Shown here piece by piece: positions 18,230-26,560 of a DNA stretch of 64,000 nt. Each line of letters starts with the position of its first letter. Positions within the stretch are counted from its first letter, which is position 1. The DNA is from Thermoanaerobaculia bacterium (lineage in GTDB: Bacteria > Acidobacteriota > Thermoanaerobaculia > Multivoradales > UBA5704), in NCBI GenBank assembly GCA_035996875.1, contig DASYJD010000013.1, positions 114-64,113 of the forward strand, read 5' to 3'. The notes beneath the pieces are model-generated. The model made no database searches. It worked only from the letters and a program-made list of their open reading frames with translations, and was not told where the DNA came from. The position numbers and the translations under genes are program-made.

Positions 18230-19942
18230 TCATTGTGCCGCCTTCTGCTGACGGTTGTAAACCTGAAGCTGGATGATGGTCAGAATGTTGTTGGTCAGCC
18301 AGTAGATCACCAGGCCGCTGGGAAACCCGAGGAACAGGAAGGTCATGACGATGGGCATGAGCTGGAACATCTTGCGCTGCATGGGATCGCCGGCCTGCGG
18401 CCCCATCCGCACCTGGAGGAACTGGGAGATGCCCATGACGATCGGCAGCACGTAATAGGGGTCGTGCACCGAGAGGTCGTGGATCCAGAGTATCCAGGGC
18501 GCCTTGCGCAGATCGACGGCCGAGCCCAGCAAGCCGTAGAAGGCGAACAGGATCGGCATCTGCAGCAGCAGCGGGAAGCAGCCTCCCGCGGGATTCACCC
18601 CCGCCTCCTTGTAGATGGCCATCACCTCGTCGTTCATCTTTTTCTGCATCTCGAGGTTCGGCCGCCCCTGCTTGTCCTTGAGCTTCGTGCGGTACTTGTC
18701 GCGGATGCCTTGGACCTTGGGGTTGAGCTCCTGCATCCTGCGCATCGACATCGTGCTCTTGTGCGTGATCGGCAGGAGCAGCAGCTTGATCAGCACCGTC
18801 ATCAGAATGATGGCCCAACCATAGTTCTGCACGACGTGGTCGTAGATCCAGTGCAGACCGGCGAGGAGCGGGCGGGCGAGGAAGCTGAACTTCCCCATCT
18901 CCACCGTCCCTTCGAGGCCGAAGGGTAGGGCCTTCAGCCGCTCGTACTCCTTGGAGCCCCAATAGGAGACCAGCGTCAGGCGGTCGCCCGCCGGCTCCAG
19001 CACCATCGAGAACTCCCGCGGCAGATCCTTCTGCTCCTTGGTGATCAGATCCTTGGGCGGCACCGGGGCGAACGTCGCCCCCTCGCCCTTCGTCTCCTGC
19101 ACCATCACCGGCACGAGCACAGCCTTGTCGAGGCCGGTCTGCGGGACCTGGGCGGAGAGGAAATAGGTGTCCGCGAGACCGATCCAGCCGAGCCCCTGAC
19201 CCGCGACCTCGATGGGGTCGAAAGCACCCGCGGCATCGAGCACCTTGACGGCCTCGCCCTGCTTGTAGACCGCGCGGCGGTGCTCGAACCGGCTCTTTAT
19301 TTCCTCCGGCGTCAGATTCCGGATACCAGGTCCCAAAAGAATGCCCCAGTCGGAATGGCCGGGCAGCCGGACGTCGGCCTCCAGCAGGCCGCGCGGATCG
19401 AAGGCGAAACGCTTCTCGGCGACGCCCAAGGGGCCGCTGTAGCGGAAGAGAACAGAGCGGCCGTCGGCGCTCTTCTCTGCGCGGAAGAGCGCGTCGTCGA
19501 GAGGGTGGGGCTTCAGCGCCCTGGTGACCAGGGAGTAGGGGTAGGTGCCGCCAGCCCGCTTGCGCACCAGCTCCAGGCTGCCGCTGTTGCGGCTCGCCTT
19601 CTCCGGCACGATCATGGAGACGAGCTGCGCGCCACGGTTGGTGAAAACGGCTTGGGCGCGCCCGTCCGACAGGGTGACGCGCTCCTCGGCCGTGGCCTGA
19701 ATGGCTTCGGCAGGAGCGGCGGGATTGCCGACGCCCCCTCCGCCGGTGGCCGTCGGGGCCCCGGGAACGGGGGTCTGGCCCGCGGCTGGGGTTTGCGCTG
19801 TCTGCGAGGTCTGGGGTGATTGCGAAGCCAGCGGCGGCTTCGGACTGGGCGGCACGGGCTTGGGTGGCGGGAACAGCCAGAACCAGGCGCCGATGACGAC
19901 CATCGAGAGGAGAAAGGCGAGAAGCAGCCGGCGATTATCCAC
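18230..19942 (-). CDS. yidC: membrane protein insertase YidC
   Basis: 570 aa. N-terminal TM, large periplasmic domain, and conserved C-terminal 5-TM core (YGWAIILMTVLIKLLLLP...GCFPLLLQMPILFAFY). Confidence 0.9.
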   Translation of the reverse strand: MDNRRLLLAFLLSMVVIGAWFWLFPPPKPVPPSPKPPLASQSPQTSQTAQTPAAGQTPVPGAPTATGGGGVGNPAAPAEAIQATAEERVTLSDGRAQAVFTNRGAQLVSMIVPEKASRNSGSLELVRKRAGGTYPYSLVTRALKPHPLDDALFRAEKSADGRSVLFRYSGPLGVAEKRFAFDPRGLLEADVRLPGHSDWGILLGPGIRNLTPEEIKSRFEHRRAVYKQGEAVKVLDAAGAFDPIEVAGQGLGWIGLADTYFLSAQVPQTGLDKAVLVPVMVQETKGEGATFAPVPPKDLITKEQKDLPREFSMVLEPAGDRLTLVSYWGSKEYERLKALPFGLEGTVEMGKFSFLARPLLAGLHWIYDHVVQNYGWAIILMTVLIKLLLLPITHKSTMSMRRMQELNPKVQGIRDKYRTKLKDKQGRPNLEMQKKMNDEVMAIYKEAGVNPAGGCFPLLLQMPILFAFYGLLGSAVDLRKAPWILWIHDLSVHDPYYVLPIVMGISQFLQVRMGPQAGDPMQRKMFQLMPIVMTFLFLGFPSGLVIYWLTNNILTIIQLQVYNRQQKAAQ

Positions 19943-19998
19943 GGGAAATTATGTCCTTTGGGTCGATCGGATCGGGAGGGAATGAGGCCCGCCAAGGC

Positions 19999-20205
19999 CT
20001 AGGGGAGATCGATCCCGCCCGGATGGAACGGCTGGCAGCGCAGGAGCCGGCCGGTGGCCCGCAGCCCCCCGCGCCAGAAGCCGTATTTGAGAAGCGCCAG
20101 CCGGGCATACTCCGAACAGGTCGGAGTGAACCGGCAGGCGCGAGGGAGCAGGGGAGAGAGGCGGCGCTTGTAGACGCCGAGCAGGTACACCAGGAGACGA
20201 GTCAA
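19999..20205 (-). CDS. yidD: membrane protein insertion efficiency factor YidD
   Basis: LLGVYKRRLSPLLPRACRFTPTCSEYARLALLKYG matches the YidD (haemolytic domain) consensus. Putative TTG start overlaps the rnpA stop (TTGA). Confidence 0.7.
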   Translation of the reverse strand: MTRLLVYLLGVYKRRLSPLLPRACRFTPTCSEYARLALLKYGFWRGGLRATGRLLRCQPFHPGGIDLP

Positions 20206-20600
20206 GCCGCCGGCCCTCGCCGCTCCCGCAGGCCGGAGAACAGCCGCAGCAGCTCCGTCCGCAGCGAGGGGAAGTCGCTGCCCCGGGCCTCGGGCTTGAG
20301 GTGGATCACCAGGTCCAACGCAGGAAGCTGGCTGCGGTGCGGCCATCGCCGGTAGATCTCTTTGATCCTGCGCTTGAGCCGCTGGCGGACGACGGCCTTG
20401 CCGACCTTGCGGCTGGCGGTGATTCCGAGGCGCGGCCCCTCGAGCTGGTTCGGTACGAAATAGAGAATCGCCAGCGAGCCATGCCGCCGGCGTCCCGTCC
20501 GGTAACACCTGAGGTAGTCCTTCCGCTGCCGGAGCCGCTCTTCGGCCGACAGCCGTTCCGTGCCGGAGGCAGAGCGCGGGTGGCGCTCCTCGTCCGGCAT
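20202..20600 (-). CDS. rnpA: ribonuclease P protein component RnpA
   Basis: LRQRKDYLRCYRTGRRRHGSLAILYFVPN...ASRKVGKAVVRQRLKRRIKE. ATG overlaps the rpmH stop (TGATG). Confidence 0.8.
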   Translation of the reverse strand: MPDEERHPRSASGTERLSAEERLRQRKDYLRCYRTGRRRHGSLAILYFVPNQLEGPRLGITASRKVGKAVVRQRLKRRIKEIYRRWPHRSQLPALDLVIHLKPEARGSDFPSLRTELLRLFSGLRERRGPAA

Positions 20601-20734
20601 CAGACGCTCAGGCGCTTGCGTCCCTTCCGGCGCCGCCGGGCGATCACTGCCTGGCCGTGGCGGGTGCGCATCCGCACCAGGAATCCGTGCGTCCGCTTGC
20701 GGCGACGGTTGTTGGGCTGAAAAGTCCGTTTCAC
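20600..20734 (-). CDS. rpmH: 50S ribosomal protein L34
   Basis: Manual translation from a GTG start gives [44 protein letters not shown]. Not in the ORF track because it is under 60 aa. Confidence 0.85.
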   Translation of the reverse strand: MKRTFQPNNRRRKRTHGFLVRMRTRHGQAVIARRRRKGRKRLSV

Positions 20735-20882
20735 TTGAGACCGCCTTCTTCCAAGTCGTGGTCATGATTTGCGGGATCGCCGGTCCTCCGGGGACCGCCC
20801 GCCGCGTCGAACGAAACCAATAAGGTAGATCACCTGGAGCTCGGGCGTCAAGAACCGCCCGTCCCGTACGAGTCGAAAGCGA

Positions 20883-20972
20883 ATGGCGGAGAGGGTGGGA
20901 TTCGAACCCACGGACCGGTTGCCCGGTCAACGGTTTTCGAGACCGTCCCATTCGACCGCTCTGGCACCTCTC
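20883..20972 (-). tRNA. tRNA-Ser (anticodon CGA), long variable arm
   Basis: Reverse complement GGAGAGGTGCCAGAGCGGTCGAATGG...GGTTCGAATCCCACCCTCTCCGCCA. Anticodon loop CT-CGA-AA, T-loop GGTTCGAATCC, encoded CCA. Confidence 0.8.
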
Positions 20973-20994
20973 CGGTAATTTGTCTGTCGAGATC

Positions 20995-21084
20995 GTGGCG
21001 GAGAGAGTGGGATTCGAACCCACGGTAGAGTTTCCCCTACACACGCTTTCCAAGCGTGCTCCTTAAGCCACTCGGACATCTCTC
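20995..21084 (-). tRNA. tRNA-Ser (anticodon GGA), long variable arm
   Basis: Reverse complement GGAGAGATGTCCGAGTGGCTTAAGGAGCACGCTTGGAAAGCGTG...GGTTCGAATCCCACTCTCTCCGCCA. Anticodon loop TT-GGA-AA. Confidence 0.8.
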
Positions 21085-21108
21085 CCGATCCTGCAAAGAA
21101 CCTTGTCG

Positions 21109-21546
21109 TCAAGGCTTTCGCCGCAACGACGCAAAGAAGCCGCGCAACAGCGCGGCGCTCTCACTTTCGAGCACGCCCGCCGTCACCTCCAGCCGGTGAT
21201 TCAGCCGCGGATCCTGGACCAGGTTGCCCAGGGTGCCGCAGTAGCCGGCCTTAGGATCCGGCGCCCCGTAGACCAGCCGCTCGATGCGGCTGTTCACGAG
21301 GGCTCCGGCGCACATCGGGCACGGCTCCAGGGATGCGTACAGCGTGCAACCCGTCAGCCGCCAGCCACCCATCCGCCGCGCCGCCTCCCGGATGGCCAGG
21401 ATCTCGGCATGAGCCAGCGGATCGCCGTCGAGCTCCCGGCGGTTGTGGCCCCTCCCCAACACCTCCCCCTCCCGAACCACCACCGCCCCGATGGGGACTT
21501 CCCCCAACTCGCCGGCGCGTCGTGCCTCGGCGAGGGCTTCCAACAT
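21109..21546 (-). CDS. tadA: tRNA-specific adenosine deaminase TadA
   Basis: HAEILAIREAA ... PCPMCAGAL zinc-binding deaminase motifs. The upstream ORF extension is a translation of the 21-bp repeat array and was rejected. Confidence 0.85.
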   Translation of the reverse strand: MLEALAEARRAGELGEVPIGAVVVREGEVLGRGHNRRELDGDPLAHAEILAIREAARRMGGWRLTGCTLYASLEPCPMCAGALVNSRIERLVYGAPDPKAGYCGTLGNLVQDPRLNHRLEVTAGVLESESAALLRGFFASLRRKP

Positions 21547-21648
21547 CCAGAGAGGGTCTTCTGGTCTCTCCAAGGCAAGCCTCCGCCCGAGCGGAACGCG
21601 TATGTTACCCGAGAAGGGCTCAAGCGCAAAGCCCGAGGCTTGACCAAA

Positions 21649-21860
21649 CTCAAGCCGGAGCAATGACTGCTCAAGCCGGAGCAACGGCTGCTCAAGCCAG
21701 AGCAACGGCTGCTCAAGCCGGAGCAACGGCTGCTCAAGCCGGAGCAACGACTGCTCAAGCCGGAGCAACGACTGCTCAAGCCGGAGCAACGACTGCTCAA
21801 GCCGGAGCAATGGCTGCTCAAGCCGGAGCAATGGCTGCTCAAGCCAGAGCAACGGCTGCT
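21649..21860. repeat. 21-bp tandem repeat array, ~10 copies (unit CAACGGCTGCTCAAGCCGGAG, reverse complement of the 2861-3040 array)
   Basis: Head-to-tail copies with point variants (CAATGACTG / CAACGACTG / CAATGGCTG), directly upstream of the tadA start. Confidence 0.85.
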
Positions 21861-21988
21861 CTAACAGCGGTAGCGGCACCATGCCCTAAGAGTCCCCCTC
21901 TCCACCTTCGGGCACAACCTCTATATAGAGGCGGCGGGCTCCGCCGGCGTTTCCGCTGTCCGAGACCCGCCCCCAGAGGAGCCGCACC

Positions 21989-22267
21989 ATGCTCAGCTAC
22001 AGGCTGCGCCGCAGCCTTCCCGTCCTCATCCTCCTCGCCGGGCTCGTCCTCCCCCTCACCCCGGCCTCTGCCTTTTCGCTCTCCTCCGCGGTCAACCACC
22101 CGTCCTCCAGAGGCTTTAGCTCGTCCGTCTGGGCCTGGCTGTCCCACTTCTTCCAAGGGGCCTTTGAGAAAAACGGGATGACGATCGACCCCGATGGCCA
22201 GTCTGCTCCGACGGCTCCTCCTGGGCCACATGGGACCAATGGGTTGATGCCCGATCCCAACGGCTAA
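21989..22267 (+). CDS. small secreted hypothetical protein (92 aa)
   Basis: Signal-peptide-like N-terminus (RRSLPVLILLAGLVLPLTPASA) and a strong intrinsic terminator immediately downstream. Confidence 0.4.
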   Translation: MLSYRLRRSLPVLILLAGLVLPLTPASAFSLSSAVNHPSSRGFSSSVWAWLSHFFQGAFEKNGMTIDPDGQSAPTAPPGPHGTNGLMPDPNG

Positions 22268-22284
22268 ATCGGGGAAGCCCAAAG

Positions 22285-22317
22285 GGCCCGGCGCCACTCC
22301 GGGCCTCCCTTTTTTTC
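22285..22317 (+). terminator. rho-independent terminator
   Basis: GGCCCGGCGCCACTCCGGGCC hairpin followed by TCCCTTTTTTT. Confidence 0.55.
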
Positions 22318-22390
22318 CTCTCGGCGTGCCCTCTATTGCTTCTCCCCACGCCGTAGTACAATAAATACCGTTCCGTAGGACCAAGTTCTC

Positions 22391-23686
22391 TTGGAGCAGA
22401 AAGGAGATGTCGTGGGAGAGGGACATCCGTCGTTGGAGACGCTGGCGCGCTGGCTGGCCGGTGAGTTGGAGCACGAAGACGTCCTACGGGAGGTGGTTCC
22501 CCACCTGATCGAGACTTGTTCCACTTGCCGGCTCAACGAGGAGGAGATCCGGCGTCTGCTGGAGGAGTCCGGCCACTGGAGCGAGACGGTCGCTGTCTTC
22601 GAGACGCGCGAAGCCCCAGAGCTGGCGCGGCTCCTCGAAGGCCGGCCCCACGAAGAGCAGATGCGGCTCGCGGAGGAAAACGAAGACTTGCACACCTGGG
22701 GCCTCTGCCAGTATCTCCTCAAGAAGACCCAGGAAACCGTCTTCGAGAATCCGGCCGAGGCAGTGGAAACGGCCTTCCTCGCCATCCGTCTCGCCGGGCA
22801 CCTCGGTGAGGACTACCACCCCGGCTGGGTCCTCGACCTGCAGGCGCGCGCCCTCGCTTATCTCGGGAATGCCCTGCGTGTGACGGGCGAGCTGAAAGCG
22901 GCGGACTACGCCTTTCTCCGGGCAGAAGAGAAGCTTGGAAGGAGCGGAACAGGAAACACCAAACTGGAGGCGGAGGTGCTTCGTTTGAGGGCCTCTCTGA
23001 AGCTCGACCAGAGGCTGTTCGATCAAGCGCGCGAAAACCTGAATCGTTCTTTGACGCTCTATCGGCAGGCCCAAGACTTGTCGGGAATCGCCGCGATTCT
23101 TCTCAAAAAGGTCAAGCTCGTCAAGGCCGAGGGGGACATTGACGCCTCGATCAAGCTCCTGCGGGAAGCGCTTGGCGAGATCGAAGCCGCCAAACAGCCA
23201 CGTCTTCATGCGTACGCTCTGCAGAGTCTCCTGGCCTCTTTGACGCTTGCCGGCAGGAACGAGGAGGCAGCGGACCTCTTGCCCGCCGTCCGTGAGCTCT
23301 TCCGGGAAACGGCCGAGCCTCTCGACTGGCTCCGCCTGCGCTGGACCGAGGCCAGCATCGCCCAGGGTCTGGGGCGGACCGGCGAAGCCGAGGCCGCCTA
23401 CCGGGAGGTCCAGAGAAAGTTCCTGGAGCTGGGGAAGAGCTACGACGTGGCCCTGGTCTCGCTCGATCTCGCGACGCTTCTCGCCGGGCAGGGACGGACC
23501 GAGGAGCTGAAGGGGATCGCGGCCGAGATCCTGCCGGTCTTCGAATCGCGCGAGGTCCAACAGGAGGCGACAGCCGCCCTGCTCCTCTTCCAGCGGGCCT
23601 GCGCCGAAGAGAGGGCCACCGTCGAGCTGTTGCGGCATATCGCCGCGATCCTGCGCCGAGACCGCCGGGGAAACGGAGGCTCCTGA
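22391..23686 (+). CDS. TPR-repeat protein with N-terminal anti-sigma-factor-like zinc finger (HxxxCxxC)
   Basis: N-terminal LETLARWLAGEL...HLIETCSTCR resembles the zf-HC2 anti-sigma N-domain. The remainder is TPR-like helical repeats. Start may be the GTG at 22412, which follows AAGGAG. Confidence 0.55.
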   Translation: MEQKGDVVGEGHPSLETLARWLAGELEHEDVLREVVPHLIETCSTCRLNEEEIRRLLEESGHWSETVAVFETREAPELARLLEGRPHEEQMRLAEENEDLHTWGLCQYLLKKTQETVFENPAEAVETAFLAIRLAGHLGEDYHPGWVLDLQARALAYLGNALRVTGELKAADYAFLRAEEKLGRSGTGNTKLEAEVLRLRASLKLDQRLFDQARENLNRSLTLYRQAQDLSGIAAILLKKVKLVKAEGDIDASIKLLREALGEIEAAKQPRLHAYALQSLLASLTLAGRNEEAADLLPAVRELFRETAEPLDWLRLRWTEASIAQGLGRTGEAEAAYREVQRKFLELGKSYDVALVSLDLATLLAGQGRTEELKGIAAEILPVFESREVQQEATAALLLFQRACAEERATVELLRHIAAILRRDRRGNGGS

Positions 23687-23932
23687 TCTATGGAATGCCT
23701 GCCCGCCCCCGCCTGTTGTTCCAGATCCCGGACTCCGGGCTACGTTCTTTACTTCCCTGATCCCACGACGTAGCATGAGCAGCCTTAGGACAGTGGCCCA
23801 CGAAGGGTTCGGGTCCTGTGCATCGGCCGATACCGAACCTCGTCAGGCCCGGAAGGGAGCAGCGATAAGGTATCCGGACGAGTGCCGCAGATTCACCGGA
23901 ACCCTTCGTTGACCACTGCCGGCAAAACACCC

Positions 23933-25657
23933 ATGGCGTATCAAGTCCTGGCGCGCAAGTGGCGCCCACAGAACTTTTCCAGCCTCGTCGGCCAGGAACC
24001 GATCGTCACCGCCCTGCGCAACGCTCTGCGGGAGGGACGGATCGCCCAGGCCTACCTCTTCTCGGGCATCCGCGGCGTCGGTAAGACGACCGCGGCCCGC
24101 GTCCTCGCCAAGGCTCTCAACTGCGAGCGCGGCCCCGCCGCCGATCCCTGCAACGAGTGCTCGCCCTGCATCGAGATCACCCGCGGCTCGGACATCGACG
24201 TCATCGAGGTCGACGCCGCCACCTACTCCAAAGTGGAGCAGGTGCGCGAGCTCACCGAGAGCCTGCGCTACGGCCCCGCCCGCGACCGCTACAAGGTGGT
24301 GGTGCTGGACGAGATCCACCGCCTCTCGCGACAGGCCTTCGACGCCCTGCTGAAGATCGTCGAGGAGCCGCCCCGGCACCTGGTCTTCATCTTCGCCACC
24401 ACCGAGATCGACGCGGTGCCGGCCACCATCCTCTCCCGCTGCCAGGAGTTCCACTTCCGGCGCGTGCCCTCGCACGATCTCGCCGCCTACCTGCGGACGA
24501 TCACTGAAGCCGAGAACATCAAAGCGAGCGACACGGCCTTGCGGCTCATCGCCCGCGCCGGCGAGGGGAGCGTGCGCGATTCGGTCGCCCTTCTCGACCA
24601 GCTCGCCACCTTCGGCTCCGGCAGTATCGCGGACGAGGACACGGTGCGGCTGCTGGGCGGGCTGGACACGGCCCTCTTCCAGACGCTCCTCACGGGCATT
24701 CTGGCAGGCGATGCCCAAGCTGTCGCCGCCGCCGTGCGCCGTATCGAAGAGGAAGGGTGGGACCCGCGCCACGTCTACGGGCAGTTCCTCGCCTTCAGCC
24801 GCGACGCCCTGCACCTCGCCATGGGCGGCGCACCCGAGCAGATCGACCTGCCCGGTGAAGAAGCCCACGCCCTGGCGGCCACGGCCAAGGCGAGCGGCTA
24901 CGAGAACCTGCTGAGGCTGCTGAGCCAGCTCCTCGCCAGCGAGAACATCGTGCGGCGAAGCGACACCGGCGCCCTGGCCGTGGAGATCGCCTGGCTGCGG
25001 GCCGCCGAGCTGCCGAAGCTGATCCGCGTCGAGGAGATCCTCGCCGGCACGTATCAGCCGGGAGCCGCTCCCGCGGCGAGGCCGGCAGCCGCCGCGCCCC
25101 GGCCGGCCCCCCCGGCGCCGGCACCGCCGCCTCGGAGCGCGCCACCGCCCGAGATGGCACCCCGGGCGAGCGCTCCACCAACTCCCGCGACTCCCTCAGC
25201 GCGCCCGGCCCCGAGCCCCGAGCCTTCAGCAGCTCCGGTATCGGCGCCAAGTATGGCGGCGCCCATCGCGTCGGCGGGACGATCGAGCGATCCCGTCACC
25301 GCCTTCAAGGAAGAGACCGCCAAGCGCAAGCCGAACTTGGGCGGATTTCTGGACGCGGTGGAGGATCTCCGATTCGAGGACGGCAGGGTTACACTCCTGG
25401 CGCCGAATGGAGACAGCTATCTCCGCTCGCGCCTGGAAGCCAATCGGCCTATCCTGGAGGAGGCGGCGGCAGCCGTCTGGGGACAAGGGACCCGGCTCGA
25501 AGTCCGGGAGAGCAAGGGGGCGCCGCCAGCCGCCGCCGAAGCGGCGAAGCCGGCGCGGGCCACGGAAGTCGAGCCGGCCGTCCAGGCCGTCCTGGAGATC
25601 TTCCAGGGCAGCCGGGTCGAAGCCGTCGAAGAGCACGGTACCTACACGGAGGATTGA
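23933..25657 (+). CDS. dnaX: DNA polymerase III subunits gamma/tau
   Basis: MAYQVLARKWRPQNFSSLVGQEP...GIRGVGKTTAARVLAKALNCE (Walker A, zinc Cys cluster), then a Pro/Ala-rich tau linker. Confidence 0.9.
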   Translation: MAYQVLARKWRPQNFSSLVGQEPIVTALRNALREGRIAQAYLFSGIRGVGKTTAARVLAKALNCERGPAADPCNECSPCIEITRGSDIDVIEVDAATYSKVEQVRELTESLRYGPARDRYKVVVLDEIHRLSRQAFDALLKIVEEPPRHLVFIFATTEIDAVPATILSRCQEFHFRRVPSHDLAAYLRTITEAENIKASDTALRLIARAGEGSVRDSVALLDQLATFGSGSIADEDTVRLLGGLDTALFQTLLTGILAGDAQAVAAAVRRIEEEGWDPRHVYGQFLAFSRDALHLAMGGAPEQIDLPGEEAHALAATAKASGYENLLRLLSQLLASENIVRRSDTGALAVEIAWLRAAELPKLIRVEEILAGTYQPGAAPAARPAAAAPRPAPPAPAPPPRSAPPPEMAPRASAPPTPATPSARPAPSPEPSAAPVSAPSMAAPIASAGRSSDPVTAFKEETAKRKPNLGGFLDAVEDLRFEDGRVTLLAPNGDSYLRSRLEANRPILEEAAAAVWGQGTRLEVRESKGAPPAAAEAAKPARATEVEPAVQAVLEIFQGSRVEAVEEHGTYTED

Positions 25658-25662
25658 GAGAT

Positions 25663-25959
25663 ATGAGCAGCATGCAGAAGTTGATGAAACAGGCCCAGGA
25701 AATGCAGGAGCGCCTCCAACGTGAGCTCGCCGAGACCATCGTCGAAGCCAGTGTCGGCGGCGGCATGGTGACCGTGCGGCTGAGCGGCCACAAGCAGCTC
25801 GTCTCGGTGAAGATCGAGCCCGAGGCCATGGACCCCAAGGATCCCTCGATGCTCGAGGATCTCATCGTCGCCGCCGTCAACGAGGCCGGACGCAAGCTCG
25901 AGGAGACGATGCAGGGAAAGGCCGGCGCCATGATGTCCAGCATGCCGGGGCTGTTCTAG
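25663..25959 (+). CDS. ybaB: nucleoid-associated protein YbaB/EbfC
   Basis: Conserved dnaX-ybaB-recR order. MQKLMKQAQEMQERLQ...GGGMVTVRLSGHKQLVSVKI. Confidence 0.85.
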   Translation: MSSMQKLMKQAQEMQERLQRELAETIVEASVGGGMVTVRLSGHKQLVSVKIEPEAMDPKDPSMLEDLIVAAVNEAGRKLEETMQGKAGAMMSSMPGLF

Positions 25960-25975
25960 GGGCCCCGGGGAGCCG

Positions 25976-26560
25976 ATGTCCGAACCACTGGCCCGGCTGA
26001 TCGGTGAGCTGTCCCGGCTGCCGGGCATCGGCCCCAAGACCGCGGCTCGCCTCGCCCACTACCTTCTCAAGGTGCCGGCGGCGGAGGCTCAAGCCCTGTC
26101 CGAGGCCATCCTCGAGGTCAAGGCGAAGCTCTTCCACTGCTCGGTCTGCAACTCCATCACCGCCGTCGATCCCTGCCGCTACTGCTCCGATCCGCAGCGG
26201 GACCGCGCCTGCATCTGCGTCATCGAAGAGGCCTTCAACCTTGAGCCCATCGAGCGCACGGGCGAGTTCCACGGCCTCTACCACGTGCTGATGGGCGCCC
26301 TCTCGCCGCACCGGGGGATTGGCCCGGACCGCCTGGCCATCCCCGGCCTCCTGGAACGCCTGGAGGGGATCGAGGAGATCGTCCTCGCCACCAACCCCAA
26401 CGTCGAGGGAGAGGCGACGGCCCTCTACCTCGCTCGCCTGCTGAAGTCCCGGGGAATCAAGATCACCCGCCTCGCCTTCGGCATGCCGGTGGGCGGCGAC
26501 ATCGAATACACCGACGAGGTCACGCTCGGCCGGTCGCTCGCCGGCCGGCGGGAGATGTGA
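25976..26560 (+). CDS. recR: recombination protein RecR
   Basis: LPGIGPKTAARLAHYLL HhH, C4 zinc finger CSVCNSITAVDPCRYC, and Toprim region. Confidence 0.9.
   Translation: MSEPLARLIGELSRLPGIGPKTAARLAHYLLKVPAAEAQALSEAILEVKAKLFHCSVCNSITAVDPCRYCSDPQRDRACICVIEEAFNLEPIERTGEFHGLYHVLMGALSPHRGIGPDRLAIPGLLERLEGIEEIVLATNPNVEGEATALYLARLLKSRGIKITRLAFGMPVGGDIEYTDEVTLGRSLAGRREM

Noticed and set aside
20202-21053. 283-aa ORF extending rnpA upstream through both tRNA-Ser genes
   Set aside because: Only the C-terminal 133 aa match RnpA. The extension runs through the tRNA genes and the rpmH coding sequence. Start set at the ATG overlapping the rpmH stop.
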